Below, piece after piece: positions 63,801 to 64,000 of a stretch of 64,000 nt of DNA. Source of the stretch: Acidobacteriota bacterium (GTDB lineage: Bacteria > Acidobacteriota > Blastocatellia > Pyrinomonadales > Pyrinomonadaceae); contig JBQTHO010000016.1 in the NCBI GenBank assembly GCA_052389795.1, positions 9,822 to 73,821 of the forward strand, read 5' to 3'. Each line of letters starts with the position of its first letter. Position 1 is the stretch's first letter. Both the position numbers and the translations under genes were made by a program. The notes below the pieces were generated by a model, which saw nothing but the letters and a program-made list of their open reading frames with translations, had not been told where the DNA came from and made no database searches.

Positions 63801-64000
63801 TATTTGTTCATTCCCACCACGGCCGCCCGCTTATGAAGTACGCGCTGAACCGCATCAATTAGACGTTCCGGATCTATGGGCGCCGGTTCGTAGGCATCGG
63901 CGCCGGCGGCTAAAGCAATAGTTGGTAAACCGCTTCCCCATTCGGCAACGGCCAGCACCCCGGTGGCCTGTGTCCCAAGGACTTCGCGAACTTGCCTGAT
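63800..64000 (-). CDS. response-regulator receiver domain protein (C-terminal 66 aa; the 5' end lies right of the window)
   Basis: Minus-strand translation ...LPTIALAAGADAYEPAPIDPERLIDAVQRVLHKR... is the alpha4-beta5-alpha5 end of a REC domain. Stop TAA 63800-63802. Confidence 0.65.
   Translation of the reverse strand: MRQVREVLGTQATGVLAVAEWGSGLPTIALAAGADAYEPAPIDPERLIDAVQRVLHKRAAVVGMNK

Overview
64-kb chromosomal segment, roughly 55-60% GC by eye, with no rRNA, tRNA, CRISPR array, transposase or integrase. It looks Acidobacteriota-like, judging from the protein families and the style of the intergenic repeats; I cannot verify this without a database. The window opens inside rpoC and holds about 55 protein genes. 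These include many secreted hydrolases: a trypsin-like protease with TPR repeats, two S9 peptidases, GGT, an M20 amidohydrolase and a BNR/sialidase-like protein. There is a fadR(TetR)-fadD operon with a recognisable operator, and housekeeping genes (ettA, fdxA-type ferredoxin, TerC, MscS, MFS, VOC proteins). There are two ECF sigma modules. One heads a cluster of anti-sigma, two ABC-2 transporter pairs and a large secreted protein. The other is paired with a soluble tandem-VOC protein. Other notable loci are a 1407-aa coiled-coil/HEAT protein beside a Spy/CpxP-like gene and a TPR-HTH-REC regulator; a divergently transcribed small secreted peptide, PrsW-family protease and class-II-PDE-like hydrolase; a small islet with a TIR-domain gene; and several gene remnants. 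The strongest signal not explained by genes is that nearly every intergenic gap is filled by at least six families of short palindromic, TIR-bounded or heptamer-periodic repeats. Copies of these repeats are also translated in frame inside at least four or five CDSs (protease linker, GGT loop, sigma-factor linker, N-termini of both ABC ATPases). All functional calls rest on motifs read by eye. No searches were run.
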